DNA of 64,000 nucleotides from an uncultured Gammaproteobacteria bacterium. Its GTDB lineage: Bacteria; Pseudomonadota; Gammaproteobacteria; Steroidobacterales; Steroidobacteraceae. The DNA lies in contig CAWHEA010000023.1 in NCBI GenBank assembly GCA_963828265.1, positions 1,763 through 65,762 of the forward strand, written 5' to 3'. Each line of letters begins with the position of its first letter. Position 1 is the first letter of the stretch. This document shows, piece by piece, positions 1 through 12,909 of the stretch. The translations under genes and the position numbers were made by a program. The notes below the pieces were generated by a model. The model had not been told where the DNA came from. It was given only the letters and a program-made list of their open reading frames with translations, and did no database searches.

Positions 1-1474
<1,474 letters not shown>

Positions 1475-1488
1475 TCCGGTAACCGACG

Positions 1489-3880
1489 ATGCGCATCAGT
1501 CTGCAATGGTTGAGTGAATGGATCGGCGGGCCGCTGCCCGCGCCGAAGGACCTCGCCGCGCGCCTCACGATGGCGGGCCTCGAGATCGAAGGCGTGGAGG
1601 CCGCCGCGCCGCCGCTGCCCGGCGTGATCGTCGGCGAGATCGTCGAGCGCGTGAAGCATCCCAACGCCGACACGCTCAGCGTCTGCCAGGTGAGCACGGG
1701 CACGGAAATCGTGCAGATCGTCTGCGGTGCGCCCAACGCGCGCGCGGGCCTGAAGGCGCCGCTCGCCACGGTCGGCGCGAAGCTGCCGGGCGGCATGGAG
1801 ATCAAGAAGGCCAAGCTGCGCGGCGTCGAGTCGTTCGGCATGCTGTGTTCGGCGCGCGAACTCGCGCTGTCCGAGGAATGCGAGCGGCCTGCTCGAGCTG
1901 CCGGCGGAGCTGCAGACGGGCGCGGCGCTGGTCGACGGCGCTGGGTCTCGACGACACCATCCTCGAGGTGAACCTCACGCCGAACCGCGGCGACTGCATG
2001 AGCGTGCTCGGCATCGCGCGCGAAGTCGCGGCGCTGACCGGGCAGTCGCTGACTGGTCCGGCCCTGGCCGCGGTGCCCGCGGCCTCCAACGAGAGCTTCC
2101 CGGTCGAACTGACCGCGGGCGCAGGCTGCGTGCGCTTCGCGTCGCGCGTGATCCGTGGCTTGAACCCGCAGGCCAAGTCGCCCGCCTGGATGCAGGAACG
2201 CCTGCGTCGCGCCGGCCTGCGTCCGATCAGCGCCGCGGTCGACGTCACCAACTACGTGATGCTCGAACTCGGCCAGCCGATGCATGCGTACGACCTGCGC
2301 GAACTCGCCGGCGGCATCGTCGTGCGTCGCGCACGGGCCGGGGAGACGCTCAAGCTGCTCGACGGTCGCGAGATCGCGATGGACGAGTCCGTGCTCGTCA
2401 TCGCCGATCACGAGAAGTCGCTCGGGCTGGCGGGCGTGATGGGCGGCGACCACTCAGGGATCGGCGACGACACCACCGACGTCCTGCTCGAAGTCGCGTT
2501 CTTCCTGCCCGACGCGATCGCGGGCCGTGGCCGTCGCTACGGCCTGGTCACCGATGCCTCGCAGCGCTTCGAGCGCGGCGTCGATCCCACGCTGCAGGAG
2601 CGCGCGATCGAGCGCGCTACGGCACTGCTGTGCGCCTGCGCGGGCGGCACGCCGGGCCCGACGCAGCTGGCCGAACTCACCGATGAACTGCCGCAGCCGA
2701 CGGTCGTCCCGCTGCGCCCGGAGCGCGCACGCCGCGTCATCGGCGCCGACATCGACGACGCGACGATCGCGTCGATGCTCACGGGGCTCGGCATGCAGCT
2801 CGACCAGGCCGACAGCGCGTGGCGCGTGACGCCGCCGACGTGGCGCTTCGACATCGCGATCGAAGAAGACCTGATCGAGGAAATCGCGCGCACGCACGGG
2901 TTCGACCGCATTCCCGAGACGGTGCAGGCAGCGCGGCAACCGATTCCCGCCGTCACCGAAACGCGCATTCGCGGCGACGCGGCGGCCGACATGCTCGTGC
3001 AGCGCGGCTATTTCGAAGCGATCACCTACAGCTTCATCGAGCCGGGCCAGCAGGAGCTGTTCGCTCCCGGCGCGCCGAGCCTGACGCTGAGCAATCCGAT
3101 CTCCGCCGAGCTCGCGACGATGCGTGCCTCGCTGTGGCCGGGCCTCGCGGCCGCTCTGGCGTCGAACCAGCGCCGGCAGCAGCCGCGCGTGCGCCTGTTC
3201 GAGGTCGGCCGCAAATTCGTCGTCGCGCGCGACGACGGCGCGCTGCACGAAGTGCCGGTCATTGCTGGCATCGCTGCGGGCTCGGCCGTGCCCGAGCAGT
3301 GGGGCGCGCCCAAGGCCGCCGTCGATTTCTTCGATGTGCGTGCCGACATCGAGGCGCTGCTGCGCGCGACCGGCGCGGCCAGCGAATTCCGTTTCGTGCC
3401 GGGCCAGCACCCGGCGTTGCATCCTGGCCAGACGGCGGAGATTCGCCGCGGCGAAGCGCACGCGGGTTGGATCGGCCGCCTGCATCCGGACGTCGAGCGC
3501 CGGCTCGAGTTGACATATTCCGGCATCGTCTTCGAACTCGAACTCGAAGTCGGCGATGGCTGCCGCAGTTGCCGCATTTCCACGAGGTTTCGCGCTTTCC
3601 CGCCGTGCGGCGCGACCTCGCGATCGTCGTCGAGGAAGCGGTGCCCGTGCAGAAATTGCTCGACTGCGTCCAGAACGCGGCGGGAACGGTGCTGCGCGAC
3701 ACGACGGTGTTCGATATTTACCGTGGCGCAGGCATCGAAACAGGTCGCAAGAGTGTCGCGATAGGCTTGAATTTACAGGACGTTTCGCGCACGCTTACTG
3801 ACGATGAGACGGATGCCATCGTGGCTCGGGTCGTCTCCGACCTGGAGCGGGAGTGCTCCGCCACGATACGAGATCGATAA
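1489..3880 (+). CDS. pheT: Phenylalanine--tRNA ligase beta subunit (frame-disrupted in this sequence)
   Basis: N-terminus [13 protein letters not shown]...AGLEIEGVE is in the frame of 1489. The middle, [29 protein letters not shown]..., is in the frame of 1518..3764. The C-terminus, [14 protein letters not shown]...[12 protein letters not shown], is in the frame of 2819..3880. Frame changes occur near 1880, 1935 and 3555. Confidence 0.9.
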
Positions 3881-3887
3881 GACAAAA

Positions 3888-4187
3888 ATGGCATTGACCA
3901 AGGCGGAAATCGCGGAAGCATTGTTCGACCAGCTCGGCCTCAACAAGCGTGAGGCCCGCGAGCTCGTCGACCTGTTCTTCGAAGAGTTGCGGATGGCCCT
4001 CGCGCATGGCGAGCAGGTCAAGCTCTCCGGTTTCGGCAACTTCGACCTGCGCAGCAAGAACCAGCGCCCGGGTCGCAACCCGAAGACCGGCGAGGAGATC
4101 CCGATCAGCGCACGGCGCGTCGTGACTTTCCGTCCTGGCCAGAAACTGAAGGCGCGCGTGGAAGCGTATGCTGGAACCCAGCAATAA
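3888..4187 (+). CDS. ihfA: Integration host factor alpha subunit
   Basis: [33 protein letters not shown]...[26 protein letters not shown] is classic IHF/HU fold sequence. The ATG at 3888 lies inside ORF 3804..4187. Confidence 0.92.
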   Translation: MALTKAEIAEALFDQLGLNKREARELVDLFFEELRMALAHGEQVKLSGFGNFDLRSKNQRPGRNPKTGEEIPISARRVVTFRPGQKLKARVEAYAGTQQ

Positions 4188-4524
4188 CGACGAACTCCCG
4201 GCGATCCCGGGCAAGCGCTACTTCACCATCGGTGAGGTCAGCGAACTGTGCGGCGTGAAGCCGCACGTGCTGCGTTACTGGGAGCAGGAATTCCCGCAGC
4301 TCAAGCCGGTCAAGCGCCGCGGCAACCGCCGCTATTACCAGCGCCAGGACGTGCTGGTGATCCGCCAGATCCGCGCGCTGCTGTACGACCAGGGCTTCAC
4401 GATCGGCGGCGCCCGCAATCGGCTCGAGGGCGAGGAAGCCCGCGAGGACGTCACCCAGACCCACCAGCTGGCGCGGCAGCTGCGCGTCGAGCTCGAAGAA
4501 CTGATCAAAATCCTGCGGCGCTGA
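4168..4524 (+). CDS. MerR-family transcriptional regulator
   Basis: 118-aa ORF with an N-terminal HTH ([25 protein letters not shown]). It overlaps the ihfA end, as is usual downstream of ihfA. Confidence 0.8.
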   Translation: MLEPSNNDELPAIPGKRYFTIGEVSELCGVKPHVLRYWEQEFPQLKPVKRRGNRRYYQRQDVLVIRQIRALLYDQGFTIGGARNRLEGEEAREDVTQTHQLARQLRVELEELIKILRR

Positions 4525-4534
4525 GCAATTCGGC

Positions 4535-4540
4535 TATAAT
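4535..4540 (+). promoter_or_regulatory. Possible -10 box (TATAAT) for tRNA-Pro
   Basis: A perfect TATAAT lies 11 nt upstream of the tRNA 5' end. No convincing -35 box was seen. Confidence 0.3.
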
Positions 4541-4551
4541 CCGCGCCCGGT

Positions 4552-4628
4552 CGGAGCGTGGCGCAGTCTGGTAGCGCACTTGCATGGGGTGCAAGGGGTC
4601 GGAGGTTCGAATCCTCTCGCTCCGACCA
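4552..4628 (+). tRNA. tRNA-Pro (anticodon GGG)
   Basis: Cloverleaf read by eye. Acceptor stem CGGAGCG/CGCTCCG. Anticodon stem CTTGC/GCAAG with loop ATGGGGT (GGG). T-arm GGAGGTTCGAATCCTCT. 3' ACCA. Confidence 0.9.
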
Positions 4629-4656
4629 ATAAACTCAAGCACTTGGACGATCAGCA

Positions 4657-4678
4657 AAGGCCCTCGCAAGAGGGCCTT
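4657..4678 (+). terminator. GC-rich GNRA hairpin downstream of tRNA-Pro (no U-tract)
   Basis: AAGGCCCTC-GCAA-GAGGGCCTT. Not followed by a T-run, so terminator function is uncertain. Confidence 0.3.
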
Positions 4679-4715
4679 CGTCAGCGCAATGCGCGCAGTC
4701 CCACGAGATCCGAGG

Positions 4716-5728
4716 ATGAATCCAATTCGGATTGCAGTTGTCGGCCTGGGAAAGATCGCGCGCGATCAACACTTGCCGTCGATTCGAGCGAGCAACGAAT
4801 TTGAATTGGTGGCCGTAGCAAGTCCGCACAGCCGTCTCGACTCGTTCCCGTCATACGACAGCCTTGAGTCGCTGCTGCAGGCACATCACGACGTGCAAGC
4901 GGTGGCTCTTTGCATGCCGCCACAGGCACGGGCTGCAATCGCACGCGTTGCGCTTCGACGCGGCTGCCATGTCCTGCTCGAGAAGCCACCCGGTACATCG
5001 ATCGCTGAAGTCGAAGAGTTGTCCAGACTTGCCGACGAACGCCGCCTGACCTTGTTTGCGTCATGGCACTCCCGGCACGGCTGCGCCGTAGAGCCTGCGC
5101 GAACCTGGCTCGAGCGCAAGCGCATTCTCCGCGTCTCCATCACCTGGAAGGAGGACGTCCGCGTCTGGCATCCGGGACAGGACTGGATCTGGACCGCCGA
5201 GGGCTTCGGCGCCTTCGATCCCGGCATCAATGCGCTTTCGATCCTGACCCGTATCGCACCTGGCGCTCTCGTGCTGAAGCGGCCGAGCTTCAGTTTCCGT
5301 CAAACCGCGCTGCGCCGAGCGCGGCCCGACTCTCCATGGCGCTGGATGGCGCGCCGGTCGAAATGGACCTCGACATCCTTCACGCAGGCACTCCAACCTG
5401 GGAAATCGACGTTGCAACGGATGCGGGACGCCTGTCGCTTGGTGCGGGCGGAACCGTTCTGCACATCGATGGCTGCCCGGTGGCCATCACGCCTTTGCAG
5501 GAATACGAGGCCTTGTATGCTCATTTTGCGGCGCTGATAGGCGCCAGGAGCAGCGATGTGGACACGGTTCCACTGCGGCTGGTGATCGACGCTCTGTCTA
5601 AGGGCCACCGAATCATCCAGGCCCCATTCATGGACAACGGCGTTTGCCGATTTGCGTCCGATGCCGGTTCTGCGGCGAATAGGCCTGGTGCAGGTCGCAC
5701 CGACCCTCCCGACCATTTGATATCGTGA
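4716..5728 (+). CDS. Gfo/Idh/MocA-family NAD(P) oxidoreductase, sugar 1-dehydrogenase-like (frame-disrupted; 3' end uncertain)
   Basis: Rossmann N-terminus MNPIRIAVVGLGKIARDQHLPSI and EKPPGTSIAEVEEL. The frame changes near 5285 to the frame of 5063..5728 (DGAPVEMDLDILHAGTPTWEIDVATDAGRLSL...). Confidence 0.65.
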
Positions 5729-6725
5729 GCGACATGGACAACCAACAGACGAAATCGATACTGACGGTGGCCCTGATGGCGGCATTCGCCGACGGGCTCA
5801 AGGATGAGCGCGAGCGCGAGTCGATCCGCAAGCTGGCGGAGGCGCTCGGGGCCGAAGCCAGCATCGACCTGCCGGCCTGGTACCGCGACGTCCTGCTCGT
5901 CGCGTCCCGACCTCACCGAAGTCGTGAAGCCGCTCGATACGCAGGGACTGCGCCAGTACGCCTACGAAATGGCCGTCGGCGTCGTCAATGCCGACGGTTC
6001 GCAGAATGCGGCCGAAGCTGCCTTCCTCGCGCAATTGGCAGCGGCGCTGCAGTTGCCCACGGCTGCGGCGGAGTCCGTCGCGCAGCAGGCGAGTGCGATG
6101 GCGGATGCTGCCGTCGAGCCCACCGGTCCCGCGGCGCCTGCAGGCGCGGCGACGGCTGCTGCCGCACCGACGGCGGTGGCCGGCACCGTGCTCGGCAAGG
6201 CGAACGTGAGCGATGCCGAAATGGACAAGACCATCACTGACCGCGTCGATCACCAACGCGGCGCTCGAGTTGCTGCCGGAATCGATCGCGTCGATGGCGA
6301 TCATTCCGCTGCAGCTGCGTCTCGTGTATCGCATCGGCAAGGCGTACGGCTACGAGATGGACATGTCGCACGCGAAGGATTTCATCGCCACGCTCGGCGT
6401 CGGCCTCACGTCGCAGTACGTCGAGCAATTCGGACGCAAACTGCTGGGCGGACTGCTCGGTGGCCTCGGCGGCGGTATCGGTCGTTCGCTCGGTCGCCAG
6501 GCGGCCAGTTCGGGTCTCACGTTCGCCACGACCTACGCGATCGGTCGCGTGGCGCAGCGTTATTACGCGGGCGGCCGCACGCTCGATTCGGCGACGCTCA
6601 AGGAAACGTTCACGTCCTTGCTGGCCGAGGCGCGTGGCATGGCCCCGAAGTACCAGTCACAGATCGAGCAGGCCGCGCAGACGATCGACACGCGCAACCT
6701 CGTGTCGCTGGTGAGGCAGGGCTGA
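5725..6725 (+). CDS. TerB-like N-terminal domain fused to a DUF697/EcsC-like C-terminal domain (frame-disrupted)
   Basis: The N-terminal segments SILTVALMAAFADGLKDERERESIRKLAE and YAYEMAVGVVNADGSQNAAEAAFLAQLAAAL are TerB-like. An Ala/Pro linker follows. The C-terminal LLPESIASMAIIPLQLRLVYRIGKAYGYEMD...GGLLGGLGGGIG is DUF697-like. Frame changes occur near 5900 and 6235. Confidence 0.5.
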
Positions 6726-6786
6726 GGTGACTAGGGAACGTTCCCTCACTCGCGACCTCCCGTGACCTCCGCCTTCCGCAGCCTTC

Positions 6787-7461
6787 CTAGGAGTGCGTGA
6801 TCGCGTCGCGCGATCGGCGCGCTCCAGGTGCGGGATCGCGTTGAACGAGACCAGCCGGGCATTGCTCGAAGCCGGGCGGATCACTTCCGTCACGCTGGTG
6901 TTGCGCGTCTGCAGGTTCAGCTGGATCGCCGCGTCCGCGCCGGCCTCCAGCACCTCCGACGTGTAACGGCCGATCACGCCGCCGGACGTGACGATCAGCA
7001 CGTTGTCGTCGCGCCCGAGCCCTGCGCACGCTGCGGCAACGCCCGCACGGATGCGAGCGCCGAACTCGTTCCAGCTTTCGCCGCCGGCGACGACGTCATC
7101 GTGCTGTGACCACTTCTGCATGGCGCTGCGGATCGCCGCGAAATACTCGCGCCGGTCGCCCGATGCCCGGATGGCCTGCAGGCGGTCGCCTTCGAAGAAA
7201 CGCAGCAGCGACAGGTGGTCGTACTCGTTGAAGCGCGCGTCCTGGGCGAAGTCGCGCGGCCCGTCGAGTGCGTTCAGGACCAGTTCGCACGTCGACACCT
7301 GCCGTTGCAGCGTGCCGGCGAGCACCCGGGCGAACTGCAGGCCGCGGGCCGCGAAGTGCTCGCCGAGCCAGGTCGACTGGCGCGCGCCGAGCGTCGGTGA
7401 TCGAATCGTAATTGCCCGCGAAATCGGGCTGGCCGTGGCGTACGAGGTAAAGATAGGGCAT
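6787..7461 (-). CDS. Histidine phosphatase (phosphoglycerate mutase) family protein (frame-disrupted)
   Basis: MPYLYLVRHGQPDF carries the RHG motif at the N-terminus. Later segments are VLIVTSGGVIG and NAIPHLERADR. Frame changes occur near 7390 and 6820. Confidence 0.7.
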
Positions 7462-7490
7462 AAGCCTCCCAGTTTAGCCCGGAAGACCCC

Positions 7491-8331
7491 ATGCCCAAGG
7501 CCGCGCCATCGCTACCGTTCCAGCCGTCCGGCGTCATCACGCTGACGACGGATTTCGGCCACAAGGATCCATTCGTCGGGGTGATGAAGGGGCAGGTGCT
7601 GCGTCGCTTCCCGGCGGCCCGGCTCGTCGACCTGACGCACGAGATCCTGGTGCACTGGCCCGCCGAGGCCGGCTTCTGGCTCGGACGCTCGTTCGGGTAC
7701 TTCCCGCCAGGCACGGTGCACGTGGCCGTCGTCGATCCCGGCGTCGGCAGCTCACGGGACATCGCCGTGGTCGAGGCCGAGGGGCAGCTTTTCCTGGCGC
7801 CCGACAACGGCCTGCTGGCCGGCGTGCTGGAGCGGCTGGAAGCGGCCCCCATCCTCAGGCGGCTCGACGACGGCGTCCTGCGCGACCTGGGAATCCACCG
7901 GCCGAGCGCGACTTTCCACGGCCGCGACATCTTCGCGCCGGTGGCGGCCGAGCTGGCGGCTGGCCGGCTGCGTCCCGAGGCCCTGGGACCGGTCGTCCCG
8001 GAGCTCGTGCCGGGCTGGTTGGACGAGCCCGTCCTGGCCGGCGGGCAGCTGAGCGGCGCGGTGGTGACGGTCGACCACTTCGGCAACCTCCTGACCAACC
8101 TGGACGCCGCCGCTCGTGGCGCAGGTGGCGACGCCGGTCGTCCGGGCGGGGGGGCAGGAGATCCCGCTCCGGCGGACCTATTCCGACGTCCGGCCCGGCG
8201 AGTACGTCGCGCTGATCAATTCGTTCGGGGTGCTGGAGGTGGCCAGGGCCGAAAAGAGCGCGGCCGACGGGCTCGGCGGGTCCATCGTCGTCGCCCGCCG
8301 GGCGCCTGCCGCGATCGGCTCGGTCGGCTGA
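7491..8331 (+). CDS. SAM hydrolase / SAM-dependent halogenase family protein (DUF62; frame-disrupted)
   Basis: ITLTTDFGHKDPFVGVMKGQV, VHVAVVDPGVGSSR, FLAPDNGLL, SATFHGRDIFAPVAA and VDHFGNLLTN are hallmark DUF62 segments. The frame changes near 8110. Confidence 0.75.
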
Positions 8332-8371
8332 CGACGCGCCGACGGGGTCATTGCACCGCAAAACGAATCGG

Positions 8372-8399
8372 TTGAGATGCAATCCGATCCGTGTATAGT
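8372..8399 (+). promoter_or_regulatory. Candidate sigma70 promoter (TTGAGA-16 nt-TATAGT)
   Basis: -35 TTGAGA at 8372..8377 and -10 TATAGT at 8394..8399, in an AT-richer spacer upstream of the small acidic ORF. Confidence 0.4.
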
Positions 8400-8469
8400 T
8401 CGCAGCCTTGTGCCCATGCTGAAGTGGGCAGCACATTGATATATCAGGATTTTCTCTCGGGGCCGCGCA

Positions 8470-8679
8470 ATGGAACGAGACGAGGAACACTTCGACTTGG
8501 ACGAAGAGTTTGTAGCTGGAGCTGAGGAAGAGGATTACGACCGTTTCATCGACAGGGTGGATCGGCGTAAGCAGGCGGCTGCCGTCAAGAAGGGCAAGGC
8601 TGCCTGGAGCAAGCTCGAGGACGTGCTGGCGGAGAAACGCCTGCAGAAAGAACTCAAGGATTACTACGAAGACAAGTAG
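8470..8679 (+). CDS. Small acidic protein (69 aa), PA3496-like putative envelope-integrity family
   Basis: The N-terminus is Asp/Glu-rich and the C-terminus is LEDVLAEKRLQKELKDYYEDK. The family assignment is from memory of the PA3496-type C-terminal motif and is not verified. Confidence 0.45.
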   Translation: MERDEEHFDLDEEFVAGAEEEDYDRFIDRVDRRKQAAAVKKGKAAWSKLEDVLAEKRLQKELKDYYEDK

Positions 8680-8759
8680 TCCGTCCACGCGCTCTGACAC
8701 GGGGACCAGTCACGCCGATCGCCGACGCCAAGCTGCGCGTCGCGCCGGGGTCCGCTCGA

Positions 8760-11351
8760 ATGACCAGCCATACCGAATCGAACTGGGTCGTCCTCAAGTT
8801 TGGCGGCACCAGCGTTTCGAGCGTCAGCAACTGGAAGAACGTCGCCGGCGTCGTCAAGGCGCGGCTGGTCGAAGGTCTCCATCCCGTCATCGTGCATTCG
8901 GCGCTGTCCGGCATCACGGACCGCCTCGAGCAATTGCTCGCGAAAGCGCTGACCGGCGAGTGGGAACCGGTCATGGACCAGATCGAGCGTCGTCACCTCG
9001 ACCTCGCGCGCGATCTCGGCATTCACATCGACGCCGAACTCGATCGTCACTTCACCGATCTGCGTCGCAGCGCCGAAGGCATCCACCTGATCGGCGAGGT
9101 CAGCGATCGCCTGCGCGCGCGCGTGATGGCCAACGGCGAATTGATGGCGACGCGCATCGGCGCGGCGTTCCTGCACGCGGAAGGCATCGACGTGCAGTGG
9201 CTCGACGCGCGCACGCTGCTGCACGCCGAAGTGCGGCCCGGCGCAACCGAGCGCGCGAACTACCTTTCCGCCACGTGCAACTTCGAACCCGACACCGCGT
9301 TCCAGCAGCGGCTGGCGTCGGGCGGCAAGGTGCTGATCACGCAGGGCTTCATCGCGAGCGACGCGCACGGCGACACGGTGCTGCTCGGTCGCGGCGGCTC
9401 CGACACGTCGGGCAGTTACTTCGCGTCCAAGCTCGGCGCGCGCCGGCTCGAGATCTGGACCGACGTGCCCGGCATGTTCACGTCGAATCCCAAGTCGGTG
9501 TCGAACGCGCGCCTGCTCAAGTCGCTCGATTACGACGAGGCGCAGGAAATCGCGAGCAGCGGCGCCAAGGTCCTGCACCCGCGCTGCATCCTGCCGGTGA
9601 AGCAGTACGCGATTCCGCTGACCGTGCACGCCACGCAGCAGCCCGAGCTCGAAGGCACGGTCGTCACCGCGACGGGCGGCGACGGCGGCGCGCGCGTGAA
9701 GGCGGTCTGCATCAAGAAGGGCATCACGCTGCTCTCGCTCGAGACGCTCGGCATGTGGCACCAGGTCGGCTTCCTCGCCGATGCGTTCGCCGTCTTCAAG
9801 GAGCACGGCCTGTCGGTCGACCTCGTGTCGACGTCGGAGACCAGCGTCACCGTGTCGCTCGATCCGGCCGCGAACTCGCTCGACAGCCGCGCGCTCGAGA
9901 CGCTGGTGACCGCGCTGTCGAGGCTCTGCCGCGTCGAAGTCATCGGGCCCTGCGCCGCGGTGAGCCTCGTCGGGCGCAGCATTCGCGCCACGCTGCACCG
10001 GCTGGGCGATGCGCTCGAACTGTTCGAGGAACAGCGCATCTACCTGGTCACGCAGGCCGCGAACGACCTCAACATCACGTTCGTCGTCGACGAGGAGCAG
10101 GGCGATCGCCTGGTGCGCCGCCTGCACGACGTCATCGTCTGGAACGCGCCGTCCGATCACGTGCTCGGGCCCGACGTGGGAGCAGATCCACGGCCTCGGC
10201 CCGGTGCTGCCGGCCGGCGGGCCGCCGTGGTGGCAGGACCGCCGCGACGAACTGCAGCGCATCGCACACGAGCACGGCAGCGCCTACGTCTACAACCGCG
10301 CGTCGTCCGAGCTCGCGGCGCAGCAGTTGCTCGGCATCCGCGGCGTCGATCGCGTCTTCTACGCGATGAAGGCCAACCCGCACCCGGAGCTGCTGAAGAC
10401 CTTCGCGGGACTCGGGCTCTCGTTCGAATGCGTCTCGCGCGGCGAATGCGAGCGCGTGATGCAGGTGGTGCCGGGCATCGACCCGTCCCGCATCCTGTTC
10501 ACGCCGAATTTCGCGCCGCGCAGCGAGTACGAGTGGGCGATCGAGCAGGGCGTCAACCTGACGATCGACAACGTCTACGCGCTGCGCGAGTGGGGCGAGC
10601 TGTTCCGCAATCGCGACGTGCTGATCCGCATCGACACCGGCTTTGGCCGTGGCCACCACGATCACGTGCGCACCGCGGGCGTGCATTCGAAGTTCGGCGT
10701 GCCGCTGTTCGAGACTGGACGAAGTCGAGCGTCTGGTGCAGCAGGTGGGCGCGCGCGTCGTGGCGCTGCATGCGCACACCGGCAGCGGCGTGTTCGACGT
10801 GCGCAACTGGAAGGAAGTCGGCCACATGCTGGGCGGACTCGCGCAGCGCTTTCCGCACGCCAGGGCCATCGATCTCGGTGGCGGCCTCGGCGTGCCCGAG
10901 AAGCCGGGGCAGGTGCCGGTGGACCTCGCGGCGCTGCAGGGCGTCATCGACGACATCCGCGCCAAGTGGCCGCAGGTCGGTCTCTGGCTCGAGCCGGGCC
11001 GGTTCCTGGTGGCGCAGGGCGGCGTGCTGGTCGTCGAAGTGACGCAGCTGAAGGGCAAGGGCGCGGTGCAGTACGTCGGCGTGTCGACCGGCATGAACTC
11101 GCTGATCCGCCCGGCGCTCTACGGCGCGCACCACGACATCGTCAACCTCACGCGCTTCGGCGAGCCGGGCACCGAGGTCTACAACGTCGTCGGGTCCGAT
11201 CTGCGAATCGGCCGACTACCTCGGGCACGAGCGCCTGCTGCCGGCCACGAAGGAAGGCGACGTGCTGCTGATCGCGAACACGGGCGCCTACGGCCACGCG
11301 ATGAGTTCGAACTACAACCTGCGCGAACCCGCGTGCGAAGTGATCATCTGA
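8760..11351 (+). CDS. Bifunctional aspartate kinase / diaminopimelate decarboxylase (frame-disrupted)
   Basis: The N-terminal half is aspartokinase ([32 protein letters not shown]-like VSLVGRSI). The C-terminal half is LysA-like ([49 protein letters not shown]). Frame changes occur near 10165, 10715 and 11205. Confidence 0.85.
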
Positions 11352-11380
11352 GCGGGCCGCATGGCGGCCGGAGTGAGCCT

Positions 11381-12505
11381 GTGAAGACTGCAATCGTTGG
11401 CTGGCGCGGCATGGTGGGCTCGGTGCTCATGCAGCGCATGGCGGTCGAGCGCGACCTCGACCACGTGGACCCGGTCTTCTTCAGCACGTCGCAGGCGGGC
11501 GGTGCGGGTCCCGTGATCAATGGCCGCCCGTCCGGCGCGCTGCAGGACGCCAACGACCTGCAGGCGCTCGCGCAGTGCGACGTGGTCGTGACCTGCCAGG
11601 GCGGCGACTACACGAACGACATCCATCCGAAGCTGCGTGCGGCCGGCTGGCAGGGCTACTGGATCGACGCCGCGTCCGCGCTGCGCATGAAGGACGACGC
11701 CGTCATCATCCTCGATCCCGTGAATCGCGGCGTGATCGACGCCGCGCTCGCGGCCGGCGTGCGCGATTACGTCGGCGGCAACTGCACGGTGTCGCTGATG
11801 ATGATGGCCCTCGGCGGACTGTTCCGCGCGGACCTCATCGAGTGGATCACCTCGATGACCTACCAGGCGGCTTCGGGCGCCGGTGCGCAGAACATGCGCG
11901 AACTCGTCGAGCAGATGGGCAGCGTGCACGCGGCCGCAGCCACGCTGCTGCGCGATCCGGCGAGCGCCATCCTCGACATCGACCGTGTCGTGACCGACCA
12001 GTTGCGTTCGCCCGACCTGCCGCAGGCCAACTTCGGCGCGGCGCTCGCGGGCAGCCTGATCCCCTGGATCGACAAGGACATGGGCAACGGCGTGAGCCGC
12101 GAGGAATGGAAGGGCGGCGCCGAGACCAACAAGATTCTCGGGCGCGCGGCAGGCGCGGCGATTCCGGTCGAAGGCATCTGCGTGCGTGTCGGCGCGATGC
12201 GCTGCCACAGCCAGGCGATGACCATCAAGTTGAAGCGCGACCTGCCGCTGGCGGAAATCGAACGCCTGATTGCCGGCGGCAACGACTGGGTGCGGCTGGT
12301 GCCGAATACGCGCGAGGCGTCGATCGCGGGCCTCACGCCGGCGGCGGTCAGCGGCACGCTCGACATCCCGATCGGACGCGTGCGCAAGCTCGCGATGGGC
12401 GGCGAATACCTCACGGCCTTCACGGTCGGCGACCAGTTGCTGTGGGGCGCGGCCGAGCCGATCCGCCGCATGCTGCGCATCCTTGCCGAACGGCAGCGGG
12501 GCTGA
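11381..12505 (+). CDS. asd: Aspartate-semialdehyde dehydrogenase
   Basis: GTG start. Segments [28 protein letters not shown] and [14 protein letters not shown]. The frame is intact. Confidence 0.92.
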   Translation: MKTAIVGWRGMVGSVLMQRMAVERDLDHVDPVFFSTSQAGGAGPVINGRPSGALQDANDLQALAQCDVVVTCQGGDYTNDIHPKLRAAGWQGYWIDAASALRMKDDAVIILDPVNRGVIDAALAAGVRDYVGGNCTVSLMMMALGGLFRADLIEWITSMTYQAASGAGAQNMRELVEQMGSVHAAAATLLRDPASAILDIDRVVTDQLRSPDLPQANFGAALAGSLIPWIDKDMGNGVSREEWKGGAETNKILGRAAGAAIPVEGICVRVGAMRCHSQAMTIKLKRDLPLAEIERLIAGGNDWVRLVPNTREASIAGLTPAAVSGTLDIPIGRVRKLAMGGEYLTAFTVGDQLLWGAAEPIRRMLRILAERQRG

Positions 12506-12515
12506 GCGACGTCGC

Positions 12516-12885
12516 ATGACCGACCAGCGCGACCAGCCCTCGCTCGACGAACTGGCCGCGCGGCTCGCGGAGTTCGCGCGCGAGCGCGACTGGGACCAGT
12601 TCCACGCGCCCAAGAACCTGGCGATGGCGCTCGCCGGTGAAGTGGGCGAACTGCTCGAGCACTTCCAGTGGCTCACGGAGCAGCAGAGCGCGAACCTGCC
12701 GGCCGACGTCAAGGACGCCGTGGCGCTCGAGATGGCCGACGTCCTGCTTTACCTGGTCCGCCTTGCCGACAAGCTCGAGATCGATCTCGGCGCGGCCGCG
12801 GTGCGCAAGATCGGCTTGAATGCGCGTCAAGTATCCGGTCGAGAAATTTCGCGGCAGCTCGCGCAAGTACGACGATCCCGCGTGA
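12516..12885 (+). CDS. MazG-like nucleotide pyrophosphohydrolase (frame-disrupted near 3' end)
   Basis: RDWDQFHAPKNLAMALAGEVGELLEHFQW and EMADVLLYLVRLADKLEIDL. The frame changes near 12830, and the shifted tail reads KYPVEKFRGSSRKYDDPA. Confidence 0.75.
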
Positions 12886-12909
12886 AGCGCGTGAAGGGAG
12901 TAGCCGCTC

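Noticed and set aside
4629-8340. A genomic island integrated at tRNA-Pro.
   Set aside because: There is no integrase, no phage or IS genes, and I could not find a direct repeat of the tRNA 3' end downstream. The only support is a mildly lower G+C in the first gene and a functionally mixed gene set.
8680-8759. A lysine riboswitch upstream of the aspartokinase/DAP decarboxylase fusion.
   Set aside because: Only about 80 nt are available and none of the L-box conserved segments are visible.
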